64,000 bases of DNA from Gekko japonicus (taxonomy: Eukaryota). Position numbers and translations under genes: made by a program. Positions 63,532 through 64,000 of this stretch are shown here, in pieces; the stretch's first letter is position 1, and the number at the start of each line of letters is the position of its first letter. Below the pieces are notes generated by a model that saw nothing but the letters and a program-made list of their open reading frames with translations, ran no database searches and was not told the origin of the DNA. The stretch spans positions 186,001 through 250,000 of the forward strand of contig NW_015171530.1 of NCBI RefSeq assembly GCF_001447785.1. Direction: 5' to 3'.

Positions 63532-63699
63532 CATCGCTTCCTCTTGCGGGAACGGCCCCAGACCGTTATCATGGACCTGATCCAGCGAACCAAGGATGCC
63601 GTGAGGGAGCTGGACAACCTGCAGTACCGCAAGATGAAGAAAATCCTTTTCCAGGAAGCGCAGAATGGCCCAAACGCGGAGGCTCCGGAAGAGGAGGAG
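63532..63699 (+). CDS. TAOK2: TAOK2 coding exon 10
   Basis: [56 protein letters not shown]. Confidence 0.95.
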
Positions 63700-63808
63700 G
63701 TGAGGACTTCCATCTTGTTAACACCTAGCGATGCCTTGCCGAAAGACGGCTCCCCCCTGTACCCCATTGTAGAGGGTCGTTCCAGTCTCCCTTGTCTCTT
63801 CCCTGTAG

Positions 63809-64000
63809 GAGGTGGAGCAGTTCCTCCACCGGACGGGCACCATCAACAGCATGGAGAGCAGCCATTCGGTGCCCAGCATGTCTATCAGTGCCAGCAGCCA
63901 GAGCAGCAGCGTCAACAGCCTGGCAGACGCTTCCGACGATGACGACGGAGCGGAGATGGCCATGATGCAGGAAGGCGAGCACACGGTCACCTCTAACAGC
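63809..64000 (+). CDS. TAOK2: TAOK2 coding exon 11 (cut by window end)
   Basis: [42 protein letters not shown]...[13 protein letters not shown]. Confidence 0.93.

Overview
Vertebrate genomic DNA from a squamate reptile, probably a gecko judging by the SINE, BovB, CR1 and Penelope-like repeats. It is syntenic with human 16p11.2. All host genes are on the + strand. In order: complete KCTD13 (6 coding exons, 337 aa); a compact NUFIP2-like gene (4 coding exons, 344 aa) with its own CpG-island promoter rich in E-boxes; a CpG-island promoter at ~27 kb; an intact single-exon 451-aa Harbinger/HARBI1-ALP1-type DDE transposase ORF with poly(A) signals, inside the probable first intron of TMEM219; TMEM219 (5 coding exons, 242 aa); and the 5' part of TAOK2 (11 coding exons, running off the window). 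Introns and intergenic DNA hold many repeats: seven copies of a hAT MITE, an L1 5'UTR plus ORF1, and a young fold-back insertion with 179/178-bp arms and a 14-bp TSD. The best candidates for undescribed biology are the NUFIP2 paralog and the apparently domesticated Harbinger gene that may share the TMEM219 promoter. Exon boundaries were read by hand from GT/AG sites and frame continuity. Family assignments and human comparisons are from memory, not from searches. Assembly gaps lie at 16303-16793, 23152-23164 and 45636-45849.
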